Of a stretch of DNA of 41,831 nt, positions 8,715-18,090 are shown piece after piece; within the stretch, counting starts at the first letter, position 1; each line of letters starts with the position of its first letter. Source of the DNA: a virus. Both the position numbers and the translations under genes were made by a program. Under the pieces are notes generated by a model. It saw only the letters and a list, made by a program, of their open reading frames with translations. It was not told the DNA's origin and ran no database searches. The stretch lies in the IMG/VR virus record IMGVR_UViG_3300029378_000011. The stretch is one strand, 5' to 3'.

Positions 8715-8749
8715 ATGTAATGCCCCTCCCAACAACAAAATTTTAGCGT

Positions 8750-8778
8750 ATTATATCATACGCACAGCACCTTTGCAA
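8750..8778 (-). promoter_or_regulatory. Near-consensus sigma-70-type promoter for the SHOCT gene
   Basis: On the minus strand: TTGCAA (8778-8773), a 17-nt spacer ending in TGA, then TATAAT (8755-8750). Confidence 0.6.
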
Positions 8779-8803
8779 GTAAAAGAAAAATGGTGGTGAT
8801 TTA

Positions 8804-11092
8804 ATGGCAGATGGATCTATTATCATCAATACGGAAATTGATTCCAAGCAGGCGCAAAAAGAGCTCAATACACTTACGAGGAAAATTTCTGCTTTATCTG
8901 AAAAACTAAATGATCTGGAAAGAGAAAAGCTCCCGCTGGTAGAGCAGTCGGCACAGCTCGGCGCAAATCTCGATGCGGCAAAAGCAACTCTTGAACATAT
9001 GAAAAGCGGAGCGGAATTTTTTACATCCGACTCTATTGCAAACCAGCAAGCACAAGTGAACGCCATGCAGAAAGAGTTTGATTCGGCGGCGTTAAAGGTG
9101 GAAACGATCAATGCAAAAATCAACAAAACCGCTGCGTCTCTTGACAATGCAAAGAGAAAGGCGGGAGAACTCAGTGGGCAGCTTGCTGGAGCAAAAAATG
9201 GCACAAGAGAGTTGTCCCCCGCTGCAGAGGAAGCCGGGAAGCGATTCACAAAGCTTGGAAACCGAATCAAGGGGCTTGCAAGGCGCGTGTTTGTTTTTAC
9301 GCTCATTACAGCTGCACTGCGCAAAATCAGGGAGTATATGTGGTCGGCGATCCAGACAAACACCGATGCAATGGCGGCGGTTGCCAAGCTTAAAGGTGCG
9401 CTGCGTACACTGGCCCAGCCGATTGTAAACATCGTTATCCCGGCGTTTACGCTACTCGCAAATGTGCTTACAACGGTGGTAAATACAGCTGCTCGGCTGC
9501 TATCTGCACTGTTTGGAAACACTCTTGCATCTTCTCAGAAAGCGGCTGAAAGCCTTTATGACCAGCAGAAAGCGATTGATGGTGTTGGTTCTGCCGCAAA
9601 GAAAGCCAGTAAATATTTGGCACCTTTCGATGAGCTGAACACAATGAACGGAGATTCCGATAGCTCGGGAGGGGCAAGTGCAAGCGGTGGAATCGCACCG
9701 GATTTCACAAGCACAGTCAGCAGCGGATTGGCTGCCGTTGCAACCTTGTTTACCGGAATTGCCCTTCTTGCATTGGGCGCAGTGTTGACTTTTTCTGGCG
9801 CAAATATACCGATTGGCATTGCTCTGATGGTTGCTGGTGCGTTGGCGGTATATGGTGCCGCCTCCGAAAATTGGGGTCTTATTGCAGAAACTTTGCAAGG
9901 ATCACTTGCGGTTATAGTGACTATTGTAGCCGGAGCTTTGCTTGCTCTTGGCATAATCCTTGTTATGACAAGCGCAAACATCCCGCTTGGAATTGGCATG
10001 ATTATAGCTGGCGCTGCATCTTTGGCCGCCGTTGTTGCCGTCAACTGGGATACCATAACAAGGTTTATAAGTGACAACATAGATGTAATTGCCGGTATTG
10101 TTGGAGCCGCCTTCCTTGTACTTGGCGCCATACTTGCTCTTTCAAGCGCAAATATTCCGCTCGGAGTAGGATTGCTTTTGGTTGGTGCTGCATCTTTGGC
10201 GGCATCTGCAACCATTAATTGGGAAGCAATCCAAAACGCAATGAAAGGGCCTATTGGCGCAGTAACTGCAATTTTGAGCGGCGCGTTGCTTGTGCTTGGC
10301 GGCGCATTGCTGTTTACTTTTGCAAATGTCCCTCTTGGGCTTGGGCTTATGGCTGCTGGAGCGGTTGGGCTTGCGACGGCGATTGTTCCAAATTGGGACA
10401 GTATTACGAAGGCGCTGCAAGGGCCGCTCGGCAAAACTCTTGCTATGATCGGCGGTTTTCTTGTTGTACTCGGGATTATTCTTATTTTTACGGGCGTAGG
10501 AATACCCTTGGGCATCGGGATGTTGCTTGCCGGTGGCGTTAGTTTGGCGGCGGCAATCGCGCCCAATTGGAATTTCATCATAGACAAAATCAAGTACGTT
10601 TGGCAAAAAATCAAAGAATTCTGGAACTCTTATATCGCCCCTGTATTCACTGCGGCCTGGTGGCAGAACCTCGGGAAAAACATCATGAACGGTTTGATCT
10701 CGGGTATTGAACGGGGCATAAACTGGGTGCTGGGCGGCGTAAGCGATATGGTAAATGGCATCACGGGTATCTTGAACAAGATTCCCGGTGTGAACATTGG
10801 ACGGGTTAATTGGGGAAATGTCCACATTCCTCGCCTGGCCCAGGGCGCGGTGATCCCAGCAAACCGGGAATTTTTGGCCGTTTTGGGCGACCAGAAGCGC
10901 GGCACAAACATCGAGGCACCCGCCGATTTGATCCGCCAGATTGTCCGGGAGGAAGTCAAAAACAGCGGCGGCGTAGGAAATCATATCACAATCGTGCTGG
11001 ACAGCGTTAACGGGAAGAAAATATTTGACACTGTTGTGAAGGAAAACAATGCCGTGGTGCGTGCCACCGGCGCAAGCCCGCTGGTGGTGTAA
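8804..11092 (+). CDS. Tail tape measure protein
   Basis: 762 aa with an N-terminal coiled coil, five 58-aa Gly/Ala/Leu-rich hydrophobic repeats and a conserved C-terminal part. It sits after the chaperones. Confidence 0.85.
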   Translation: MADGSIIINTEIDSKQAQKELNTLTRKISALSEKLNDLEREKLPLVEQSAQLGANLDAAKATLEHMKSGAEFFTSDSIANQQAQVNAMQKEFDSAALKVETINAKINKTAASLDNAKRKAGELSGQLAGAKNGTRELSPAAEEAGKRFTKLGNRIKGLARRVFVFTLITAALRKIREYMWSAIQTNTDAMAAVAKLKGALRTLAQPIVNIVIPAFTLLANVLTTVVNTAARLLSALFGNTLASSQKAAESLYDQQKAIDGVGSAAKKASKYLAPFDELNTMNGDSDSSGGASASGGIAPDFTSTVSSGLAAVATLFTGIALLALGAVLTFSGANIPIGIALMVAGALAVYGAASENWGLIAETLQGSLAVIVTIVAGALLALGIILVMTSANIPLGIGMIIAGAASLAAVVAVNWDTITRFISDNIDVIAGIVGAAFLVLGAILALSSANIPLGVGLLLVGAASLAASATINWEAIQNAMKGPIGAVTAILSGALLVLGGALLFTFANVPLGLGLMAAGAVGLATAIVPNWDSITKALQGPLGKTLAMIGGFLVVLGIILIFTGVGIPLGIGMLLAGGVSLAAAIAPNWNFIIDKIKYVWQKIKEFWNSYIAPVFTAAWWQNLGKNIMNGLISGIERGINWVLGGVSDMVNGITGILNKIPGVNIGRVNWGNVHIPRLAQGAVIPANREFLAVLGDQKRGTNIEAPADLIRQIVREEVKNSGGVGNHITIVLDSVNGKKIFDTVVKENNAVVRATGASPLVV
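9797..10590 (+). repeat. Five tandem 174-bp (58-aa) repeats inside the tape measure gene
   Basis: The motif ANIP(L/I)G(I/V)G..AG..LA....NW recurs at about 9801, 9974, 10148, 10322 and 10496. Confidence 0.8.
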
Positions 11093-11101
11093 GGAGCAGT
11101 A

Positions 11102-11476
11102 ATGGATGTATTGAAAGTTACCAAAAATGCCGGGACGGTCGTTGTTCTGCCTGCTCCCGCCGAGATAAAATGGAGCATTTCTGACCTGGACGGCGACGGC
11201 AGCGGGAGGAACCAAAACGGGGACCTGTTCCGGGACCGCGTGGCGGTAAAGCGAAAGATCGAGTGCTCCTGGCTCCCAATGAGTGCCGCAAAAATGGCAA
11301 CGCTTTTGTCAGCCGTCAGCGATCCGTTTTTCAAGCTTACATACCCAGATGCGCTTACGGGGACAAATAGAACGATCACCTGCTATGTTGGTGATCGTTC
11401 TGCGCCCATTTTGCGCCCGGAGGCGGATGGAACATGGTTATGGGGCGAAATGTCCATGAATTTCATCGAGAGGTGA
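11102..11476 (+). CDS. Small tail component in the distal-tail-protein position
   Basis: 124 aa directly after the tape measure. AAGGAG RBS. No family is firmly recognised. Confidence 0.35.
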   Translation: MDVLKVTKNAGTVVVLPAPAEIKWSISDLDGDGSGRNQNGDLFRDRVAVKRKIECSWLPMSAAKMATLLSAVSDPFFKLTYPDALTGTNRTITCYVGDRSAPILRPEADGTWLWGEMSMNFIER

Positions 11477-11479
11477 GCC

Positions 11480-13054
11480 ATGCATACTGTAACAGACGCA
11501 TTTAACGCCGCGTGTTCTGCGCCGGGGCGGGAGATCACAAGCAAAATACTGTTTAACGGCACGACAGAGCTGGCCGCCTCCGAGGTGCAGGAAATCAGCA
11601 TAACAGAGCAGTTCGGCTCCTCGGACGGCGTGACCATCGGTGCGGCGTTTTCTTCCAGTTGCAAGGTGACGATGTACAAGCAGGACAATCTCCCGCTGAA
11701 CGGTGCATTTTTTATTCCATCTGTTGGAATCATGGTGGGCGGCAAAGCCCAGTATGTCCAAAAGGGCAAATATTACATCCCCACGGACGGCGTAGAAGAA
11801 AGCGGGAAGTTGTGGGTAACTATCACCGGATATGACCGCATGGCCAGTCTGACGGATGATTATGTGCCTACCATTGATTTCCCCGCCACTCCTGTGCAGA
11901 TTCTCACAGATGTATGTACGCAAGGAAATGTCACTGCGCCCTCGGTAGCTTTGCCGGATATTCAAATTTCTGCACCCTACACAGGGTCACTGCGTCAGCA
12001 GCTCGGATGGTTGGCGGGGCTGATCGGATGCAATGCGAAATTTGATTCCGACGGCGAACTAAAATTCTGCTGGTACTCTGATAGTATTTCTGTTGGGCCG
12101 GAGGTGCAGTATCAGGGAGGACTTAGCAAATCCGCAGATTCCCCGTTTACCATACAAAGCCTTGTCACGGGAACGGAAGAAAACCCCATCACGGTCGGGA
12201 CGGGTGTTGGAATTTCGGCTACAAACCCGTATATTACCGAAGCTGTGGCGGCTACTGTTTTTGAGAAAATTGGAAACAAGGCAATGATGCCGTGTAAGGT
12301 GCAATGGCGGGGAGACCCCTCTACGGAAGCAGGGGACATATTGCACGTTACAGATGTGACCGGACCAGCCAGCACATTCCCCGTTTACATTATGGAACAG
12401 GAACTGCGTATAAAGGGCGGAATGGTGGCGAATACGACCTGCTATGCGCCGCAGGACAAGCAGTATGTCGTGGAAAGCCCCATTATACAGCAAGTGAAGC
12501 GGGAATATTCCGGCCTTGCCAAAGCCATGCAGGATGCCACAGAAAGAATTATAGGCGCGAAAGGCGGATACTGGGAAATCACGCTGGATGATGATGGATT
12601 CCCCACCGGGTGGATGGTTCGAGACACGCCCACTATGGAAGATAATACAAGGCTGTGGATTATGAACATCAACGGCCTGGGGTATTCCAAAGACGGCGGG
12701 AAAACCATTTCTGGCGTTGCGCTTACGATGGACGGCGAAGTAAACGCAGACACAATTACGGCTGGGCAAATGTCCGCAGAGCGTGTAACGATCAATGGGC
12801 AAACGCTTTCTGATTTCATTGATGCAAGCATTGATGAAGATGGACACCCTGTACTTCGCATTGGATCCTCTGCATCGGAGATTGTTTTGAAGGAATACAA
12901 CGACAAGATTGGGTTTTATGACGCAAGCGGCACACTGTTAGCGTACTGGAATAACAACAGCTTTGAACTGGTAGAGCTATCGAAGTTCCGCCTCGGTCCG
13001 ATGTCTATCGTTGTGCAGCCGAATCAATCCATAAGTTTCGTGGGGGTGACGTGA
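11480..13054 (+). CDS. Tail-associated / baseplate hub protein (Tal-like)
   Basis: 524 aa, in the second position after the tape measure. GAGAGGTG RBS. Confidence 0.5.
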   Translation: MHTVTDAFNAACSAPGREITSKILFNGTTELAASEVQEISITEQFGSSDGVTIGAAFSSSCKVTMYKQDNLPLNGAFFIPSVGIMVGGKAQYVQKGKYYIPTDGVEESGKLWVTITGYDRMASLTDDYVPTIDFPATPVQILTDVCTQGNVTAPSVALPDIQISAPYTGSLRQQLGWLAGLIGCNAKFDSDGELKFCWYSDSISVGPEVQYQGGLSKSADSPFTIQSLVTGTEENPITVGTGVGISATNPYITEAVAATVFEKIGNKAMMPCKVQWRGDPSTEAGDILHVTDVTGPASTFPVYIMEQELRIKGGMVANTTCYAPQDKQYVVESPIIQQVKREYSGLAKAMQDATERIIGAKGGYWEITLDDDGFPTGWMVRDTPTMEDNTRLWIMNINGLGYSKDGGKTISGVALTMDGEVNADTITAGQMSAERVTINGQTLSDFIDASIDEDGHPVLRIGSSASEIVLKEYNDKIGFYDASGTLLAYWNNNSFELVELSKFRLGPMSIVVQPNQSISFVGVT

Positions 13055-14814
13055 TGCCGAGTATCTACGGAAGCAAATCTAAGGGATGGCAGCTACGCCT
13101 TGACTATACAGTCAAGAGCCAGAGCATCGAAAATAACACCAGTGCGCTTGATTTAACCTTGTATGTGTATGACGGTACCGGGTACTCACAAAATGAGTCT
13201 GCGAACGAAGCGTATTACATTCTGCAAGGTACAAAAACTTGGAATCCGTACAATTATCCATCTACCGGTTGGTATAAACTGGGCGTAAAGTCTATCACTG
13301 TCACACATAGTGGCGACGGAACCGGGAAAGTCACGCTTTCCGGCGAATGGGACTGCGGCTTTGATTCGGCCTACACACCAAGGCATTTGACCGTCTCCGG
13401 TAGCGTTACACTACCAACAATTCCAAGAGCATCTTCCGTGTCTGCCACAAATGGCACAATGGGCGGTAATGTAGCAATTACCATCACACGGAAAAATTCC
13501 GCCTTTACACATAAGTTGTCCTATAACGCCGGAAGCGGGTATGTCTCTATTGCAACTGGTGTAGCCACATCTTACACGTGGGCAAGCCCTGACAGCATGA
13601 TAGATGCTACCACGAATGCTTCTTCCCGCACGGTGACGATAAAATGCGAGACCTACAACGGAAGCAGCAAGATAGGTGAAAGCACGACAACCTGTGTCCT
13701 CACTGTGCCGGAATCCCTCGTTCCATCTTTAAGCGTGGTGCTTTCCGATGCCGCTGGGTATCAGCCGACATATGGATGGGTACAAAACAAGAGCCAGCTA
13801 AAAGCCGTTGCCACAACTGGCGGAGTAAGGGGAAGTACCATTGTAGGTACTGTCATGAAAATTGGCAATGAAAATGCCAATCTGAATACAGGGAATCTGC
13901 TTACAAAAAGCGGCTCTGTTGTGGTGACGGTAACTACGACAGATTCTCGTGGCAGAAACAAGACGGTTACAAACACTATTACTGTACAGCAGTATGCTGG
14001 ACCGTCTATTGCAAATCTCACATACGCAAGAGGTTCCTATACAGGCGGCGTGTGGACAGAAAACAATACCGGCGCAGACATTAAGGTGATGTTTGATCTC
14101 ACCATTTCTCTGAGTAATAACACCGCCAGCATCTCTTTGAAGATCGATGATGAGAATAGGCAAACCCTTTCTGCGCAAAGCTCCGGCTCAAAGGTTGTTT
14201 ACATCGCCGGTGTCGGAACAGATACGACCAGAAAACTGACGGTAGTCGCCACGGACGCTTTTTCAAGCAGTTTTACCAAAGAAATGGATGTGGCGACAGT
14301 TGAAGTCCCGTTAAATATCAACTTCAACTTGCCGGGAGCGTGTTTTGGCGGGGTAGCAGAAAAAGGGAAAACGGTGCAATTCAAGTGGCCTATCTACGCC
14401 GAAAATACCGTGGAGCTGAACGGGGAATTGATTTTATCTGATTCCGCAGCGGGAAAACTTCGGCAAGCGATGGGCATCCAAGACTACATCATTGAGCAAG
14501 GCGTAAGTGGCAACTGGACGTACTACAAGTACGCCTCCGGTTATGCAGACTTGTGGTGGCGTGGTACAGTGACGCCCACCAGCTACACTACATTTGGCAG
14601 CGCCGCATACACAAATACGATTTCCCTGTCAATGCCCTTCGGGGTGACGGGGAACGTGGTAATCACCGGCAGTGCGTCTGATCTGCACACAATCTGCAAT
14701 ACGGATTGGAGCTATGCTTCAAAAACCTTGTCCTTCCGCATGGCCCGTGGTGCATCAATGACACCAACAAATGAAACCGTATCGCTGCGGGTGACTGGCA
14801 AGTGGAAAGCATAA
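13054..14814 (+). CDS. Receptor-binding / tail fibre protein (siphovirus DUF859-like N-terminus)
   Basis: The pattern W.LRLDYTV.SQSI..NTS.L.L.LYVY....YS and the Ser/Thr/Gly-rich beta-type repeats support the call. The start overlaps the upstream stop (TGATG). Confidence 0.55.
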   Translation: MPSIYGSKSKGWQLRLDYTVKSQSIENNTSALDLTLYVYDGTGYSQNESANEAYYILQGTKTWNPYNYPSTGWYKLGVKSITVTHSGDGTGKVTLSGEWDCGFDSAYTPRHLTVSGSVTLPTIPRASSVSATNGTMGGNVAITITRKNSAFTHKLSYNAGSGYVSIATGVATSYTWASPDSMIDATTNASSRTVTIKCETYNGSSKIGESTTTCVLTVPESLVPSLSVVLSDAAGYQPTYGWVQNKSQLKAVATTGGVRGSTIVGTVMKIGNENANLNTGNLLTKSGSVVVTVTTTDSRGRNKTVTNTITVQQYAGPSIANLTYARGSYTGGVWTENNTGADIKVMFDLTISLSNNTASISLKIDDENRQTLSAQSSGSKVVYIAGVGTDTTRKLTVVATDAFSSSFTKEMDVATVEVPLNINFNLPGACFGGVAEKGKTVQFKWPIYAENTVELNGELILSDSAAGKLRQAMGIQDYIIEQGVSGNWTYYKYASGYADLWWRGTVTPTSYTTFGSAAYTNTISLSMPFGVTGNVVITGSASDLHTICNTDWSYASKTLSFRMARGASMTPTNETVSLRVTGKWKA

Positions 14815-14834
14815 AACATATAAGGAGATACCGC

Positions 14835-15092
14835 ATGACAGAAACTATCATTGTTGCACTTATCACCGGCGGCCTGTCGCTGCTGGGGGTAATCATCACC
14901 AGCAACAAGACCACCCGTGATGTGCAGGCCAAGCTGGACACGCAGCAGGCCGTCACCGACACCAAACTGGATGAGCTGACCCGTGAGGTACGGGAGCACA
15001 ATAACTTCGCCCGCCGGGTCCCGGTGATGGAGGAGCAGATCAAGGTAATCAACCACCGGCTGGCCGATCTGGAGCAGACGGCCAACCACTGA
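14835..15092 (+). CDS. Small membrane protein with an N-terminal TM helix and a coiled coil (BhlA/XhlA-like holin-associated class)
   Basis: ATG follows AAGGAGA. TM segment IIVALITGGLSLLGVIITS, followed by heptad-like KLD..Q..TDTKLDELTREV. Confidence 0.45.
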   Translation: MTETIIVALITGGLSLLGVIITSNKTTRDVQAKLDTQQAVTDTKLDELTREVREHNNFARRVPVMEEQIKVINHRLADLEQTANH

Positions 15093-15126
15093 GCATCGCA
15101 AATCTAAAGTATGAGGAGGGATACCC

Positions 15127-15429
15127 ATGTATCGAGGTACAACGCCCACGCTGACATTCCGCCTGCCCATCGACACGGGGAGCATCACGGTGCTGTCCGT
15201 TGCCGTGGCCCAGGCCGGACAGGTTAAAATCGAAAAAGCATTGTCGGATGTACAGCTGGACGGGAATGTTGTCTCATGCACACTGACGGAGGCCGAGACC
15301 CTGTCGCTTACTGCCGGGAGAGGCATTGACGCAAAGATACAGCTCCGGGTGGGCGTAGGCGGTCAGCGCATGGCATCCCAGGTATTCACGGTGCCGGTGG
15401 AGCGTATCTTGCGGGATGGTGCGCTATGA
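15127..15429 (+). CDS. Hypothetical beta-rich protein (100 aa)
   Basis: GAGGAGGG RBS. MYRGTTPTLTFRLP start. Confidence 0.5.
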   Translation: MYRGTTPTLTFRLPIDTGSITVLSVAVAQAGQVKIEKALSDVQLDGNVVSCTLTEAETLSLTAGRGIDAKIQLRVGVGGQRMASQVFTVPVERILRDGAL

Positions 15430-16574
15430 TCGAGTTTGACGTAACTTTTTCTCCCGGCGCTGACCTGGAGGTCAACATGGGGCAGGTGATGGAGGTGCTT
15501 GCTACCGAGGAGCGGACGGTGGAGCTGTCTATGCCCTCCGGCAATCAGGTCATCCTGCCCACCAGCAGCAAAGGAATGCGTAAGGTGACGATTCAAAAAC
15601 CGGACACTATGCTGCCTGAGAACATCAAGAAGGACGTGGTGATCGGCGGCGTGACCGGTGGCCTTGAGGCACCACCGACAGGCCCTTATATAGCGTATAC
15701 GTCCCTCGACAGTTCTGGTAGAGTGTTTACTGCTAAATTTCGAGGAACCATTGTTCCAGAGTATGCATTCGCTTATTTGGCGGAATTGATATCAGTAGAT
15801 ATGCCAGACAATGTAATTGCAATTGGTGATAATGGTTTTTATCGCTGCCCAAAGCTCCAATTAACAAGTCTCCCACCCGGAATTACCTCACTCGGAGATT
15901 ATGCATTCTCTGATTGTTCAAAGCTAGCGTTAACAAGCCTCCCTTCTGGAATCACCTCAATTGGAGACCAGGCATTTAGGGATTGCTTTAGTCTTGCATT
16001 GACAGGTCTTCCTTCTAGAATTACCTCAATCGGAGATTACACATTTAGGAATTGTTCAAAGATGGCACTAACAAGTCTCCCTTCTGGGATTACATCAATC
16101 GGAGATTTTGCGTTTCTCAATTGTTATCAATTATCATTGACGACCCTGCTTTCTGGAATTACCTCAATCGGACAGTATGCATTCAACAATTGCCCAAGGC
16201 TCGCATTGACGGCCCTACCCTCTGGAATTACCTCATTACCAACAGCCGCATTTCAGTACTGCCCAAAATTAGCATTGACAGCCTTACCCTCTGGACTTAC
16301 CTCAATTGGAGCTTATGCATTTAAGCAGGGTACAGGTCTCGCATCAATAACCCTTCCCCCCGCACTCACTACAATCGGAGATTTTGCGTTTGCCAATTGT
16401 ACTGGATTAGAAACGGTTAGATTTACGAGCACGGTATCCTCAATCCCAAATGGAGTATTTTCCGGGTGCCCAAAACTGTCTACCATTTATGTTCCGTGGT
16501 CGCAGGGGCAAGTAGCAAATGCTCCTTGGGGTGCGAGCAATGCCACCATCATTTACGATTATACTGGGGAGTAA
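15426..16574 (+). CDS. BspA-type leucine-rich-repeat protein
   Basis: About nine 23-aa repeats of the form LTSLPSGITSIGDYAFxxCxxLA. Confidence 0.75.
   Translation: MIEFDVTFSPGADLEVNMGQVMEVLATEERTVELSMPSGNQVILPTSSKGMRKVTIQKPDTMLPENIKKDVVIGGVTGGLEAPPTGPYIAYTSLDSSGRVFTAKFRGTIVPEYAFAYLAELISVDMPDNVIAIGDNGFYRCPKLQLTSLPPGITSLGDYAFSDCSKLALTSLPSGITSIGDQAFRDCFSLALTGLPSRITSIGDYTFRNCSKMALTSLPSGITSIGDFAFLNCYQLSLTTLLSGITSIGQYAFNNCPRLALTALPSGITSLPTAAFQYCPKLALTALPSGLTSIGAYAFKQGTGLASITLPPALTTIGDFAFANCTGLETVRFTSTVSSIPNGVFSGCPKLSTIYVPWSQGQVANAPWGASNATIIYDYTGE
15850..16330 (+). repeat. 69-bp tandem repeats encoding the LRR units
   Basis: attacctca / atcacctca recur with a 69-bp period (for example 15882 and 15951). 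Confidence 0.7.
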
Positions 16575-16630
16575 ACAAAGACTTATCAACATTTTTTGTG
16601 TGCCCGATTCGGGCACGGAAAGGAGAAATT

Positions 16631-16903
16631 ATGGAAACTTTTGGCATCGCAAGCGTGGCAGTCATCACCGTCATCACCTACCTCGTGGGGCTGGTGGGCA
16701 AGGCCAGCAGCATGAACGACAAGTGGATCCCCATCCTGTGCGGGGTCTGCGGCGGTCTGCTGGGGGCTGTCAGCTACTATCTGGCACCCATCCCGGACTT
16801 CCCAGCGGGCGACCCCATCACCGCCATTGCCGTGGGTATCGTCAGCGGTCTGGCGGCCACCGGCATCAATCAGGCTGTCAAGCAGCTGAGCAAGGGGGAG
16901 TGA
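16631..16903 (+). CDS. Holin
   Basis: 90 aa with three hydrophobic segments and the KWIPILCGVCGGLLG motif. It lies directly upstream of the endolysin. AAAGGAG RBS. Confidence 0.7.
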   Translation: METFGIASVAVITVITYLVGLVGKASSMNDKWIPILCGVCGGLLGAVSYYLAPIPDFPAGDPITAIAVGIVSGLAATGINQAVKQLSKGE

Positions 16904-16906
16904 GAT

Positions 16907-17722
16907 ATGGGTAAGCGCATCACTGCCGCATATCCAATCGCCAAGGTGGGCGGTATCCCCATCAACACCAGCATCCCGGCCAGCAAGGAGACCTATGACC
17001 GGCTGGGCGGGCGGGACGTGGCCTTTGTGGTGCTGCACTACACGGGCAACGTTAGTGACACCGCCGAGGCCAACTGCAAGTATTTCGCAGGCGGCGACCG
17101 GGAGGCCAGCGCACACTACTTCGTGGATGAGGACAGCATTTACCAGTCCGTACCGGCCTGTGACCGGGCGTGGGCGGTAGGCTCTGCCCATCCGGTACAT
17201 CCCCTCTGCCGCAACACCAACAGTATCTCGATCGAGATGTGCTGTTCCGGGAACTACCATGTTTCCGAGCGCACCAAGGCCAACGCTGCGGCACTGACGG
17301 CGGAGCTGTGCAAGCTGCTGGGCATCTCCGGCGTGGACACCTACGTCCTGCGGCACTGGGATGTGACCGGGAAGTCCTGTCCCCGGCAAATGGCAGGGAA
17401 GAACAATGCGGAGTGGGAGGCGTTCAAGGCCAGCGTCAAGGCGCTGCTGAACGAGCAGCCAAAGCCCGCACCCGCACCGACGACGAAGGAGGAGACGATC
17501 AACATGGAACTGCGTATGCTGCGCCGTGGCATGGAGGGCAACGATGTCCGGGCCGCCATGCTGCTGATGAAGGACAAGGGCTATTACCCGTATGAAATTT
17601 GGAGCGGTGACAAGCTCTTTGGCCCCAAGATGGAGGCCGGTCTGCGGGAGATGCAGGCAGACCACAACCTCGGCGTGGACGGCATCATCGGCAATGCCAG
17701 CTGGAATTTCCTGCTGAAATAA
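16907..17722 (+). CDS. Endolysin: N-acetylmuramoyl-L-alanine amidase (Amidase_2/PGRP) with a C-terminal PG_binding_1 domain
   Basis: HYTGN, AHYFVD and SIEMC motifs. C-terminal LFGPKMEAGLREMQADHNLGVDGIIG. Confidence 0.85.
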   Translation: MGKRITAAYPIAKVGGIPINTSIPASKETYDRLGGRDVAFVVLHYTGNVSDTAEANCKYFAGGDREASAHYFVDEDSIYQSVPACDRAWAVGSAHPVHPLCRNTNSISIEMCCSGNYHVSERTKANAAALTAELCKLLGISGVDTYVLRHWDVTGKSCPRQMAGKNNAEWEAFKASVKALLNEQPKPAPAPTTKEETINMELRMLRRGMEGNDVRAAMLLMKDKGYYPYEIWSGDKLFGPKMEAGLREMQADHNLGVDGIIGNASWNFLLK

Positions 17723-17818
17723 AGGATAAAATAAATCCACTGGAGGGCGCAGAGGACACCGCTACGCCGGCCTCACGCCCGTGCTAAACATCCGCACCTC
17801 CACGGCACACCGTGGGAA

Positions 17819-18055
17819 ATGATAGATCAGCACAAAAGGATCCGCAAAAAACTATCCACTATGGCACCATTCCGCGCCACAGAAACAATCCGTGCGGTAG
17901 GGCTACCGGAAGACGAGGAAACCTGTGTAATTGACGTGGACGTTTTTGGCCGCACCTGCGTACAGACGGCGGCAAAACTACATATCAGCGTAGATGGATT
18001 TTACAAATTGCGCCGCCGCGCATACCAAAAACTGGCGGATGCATTCGATTCCTAA
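17819..18055 (+). CDS. Small sigma-70 region-4-like HTH protein
   Basis: TCVQTAAKLHISVDGFYKLRRRAYQKLA resembles a region-4 HTH. The RBS is weak and partly sequestered by the hairpin at 17800-17815. Confidence 0.4.
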   Translation: MIDQHKRIRKKLSTMAPFRATETIRAVGLPEDEETCVIDVDVFGRTCVQTAAKLHISVDGFYKLRRRAYQKLADAFDS

Positions 18056-18059
18056 AAGT

Positions 18060-18090
18060 AGCCGCGCCCTTTTTGGGTGCGGCTATTTTT
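18060..18090 (+). terminator. Strong rho-independent terminator
   Basis: 10-bp stem AGCCGCGCCC / GGGTGCGGCT with a TTTTT loop, followed by ATTTTTCGTTTTT. Confidence 0.8.
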
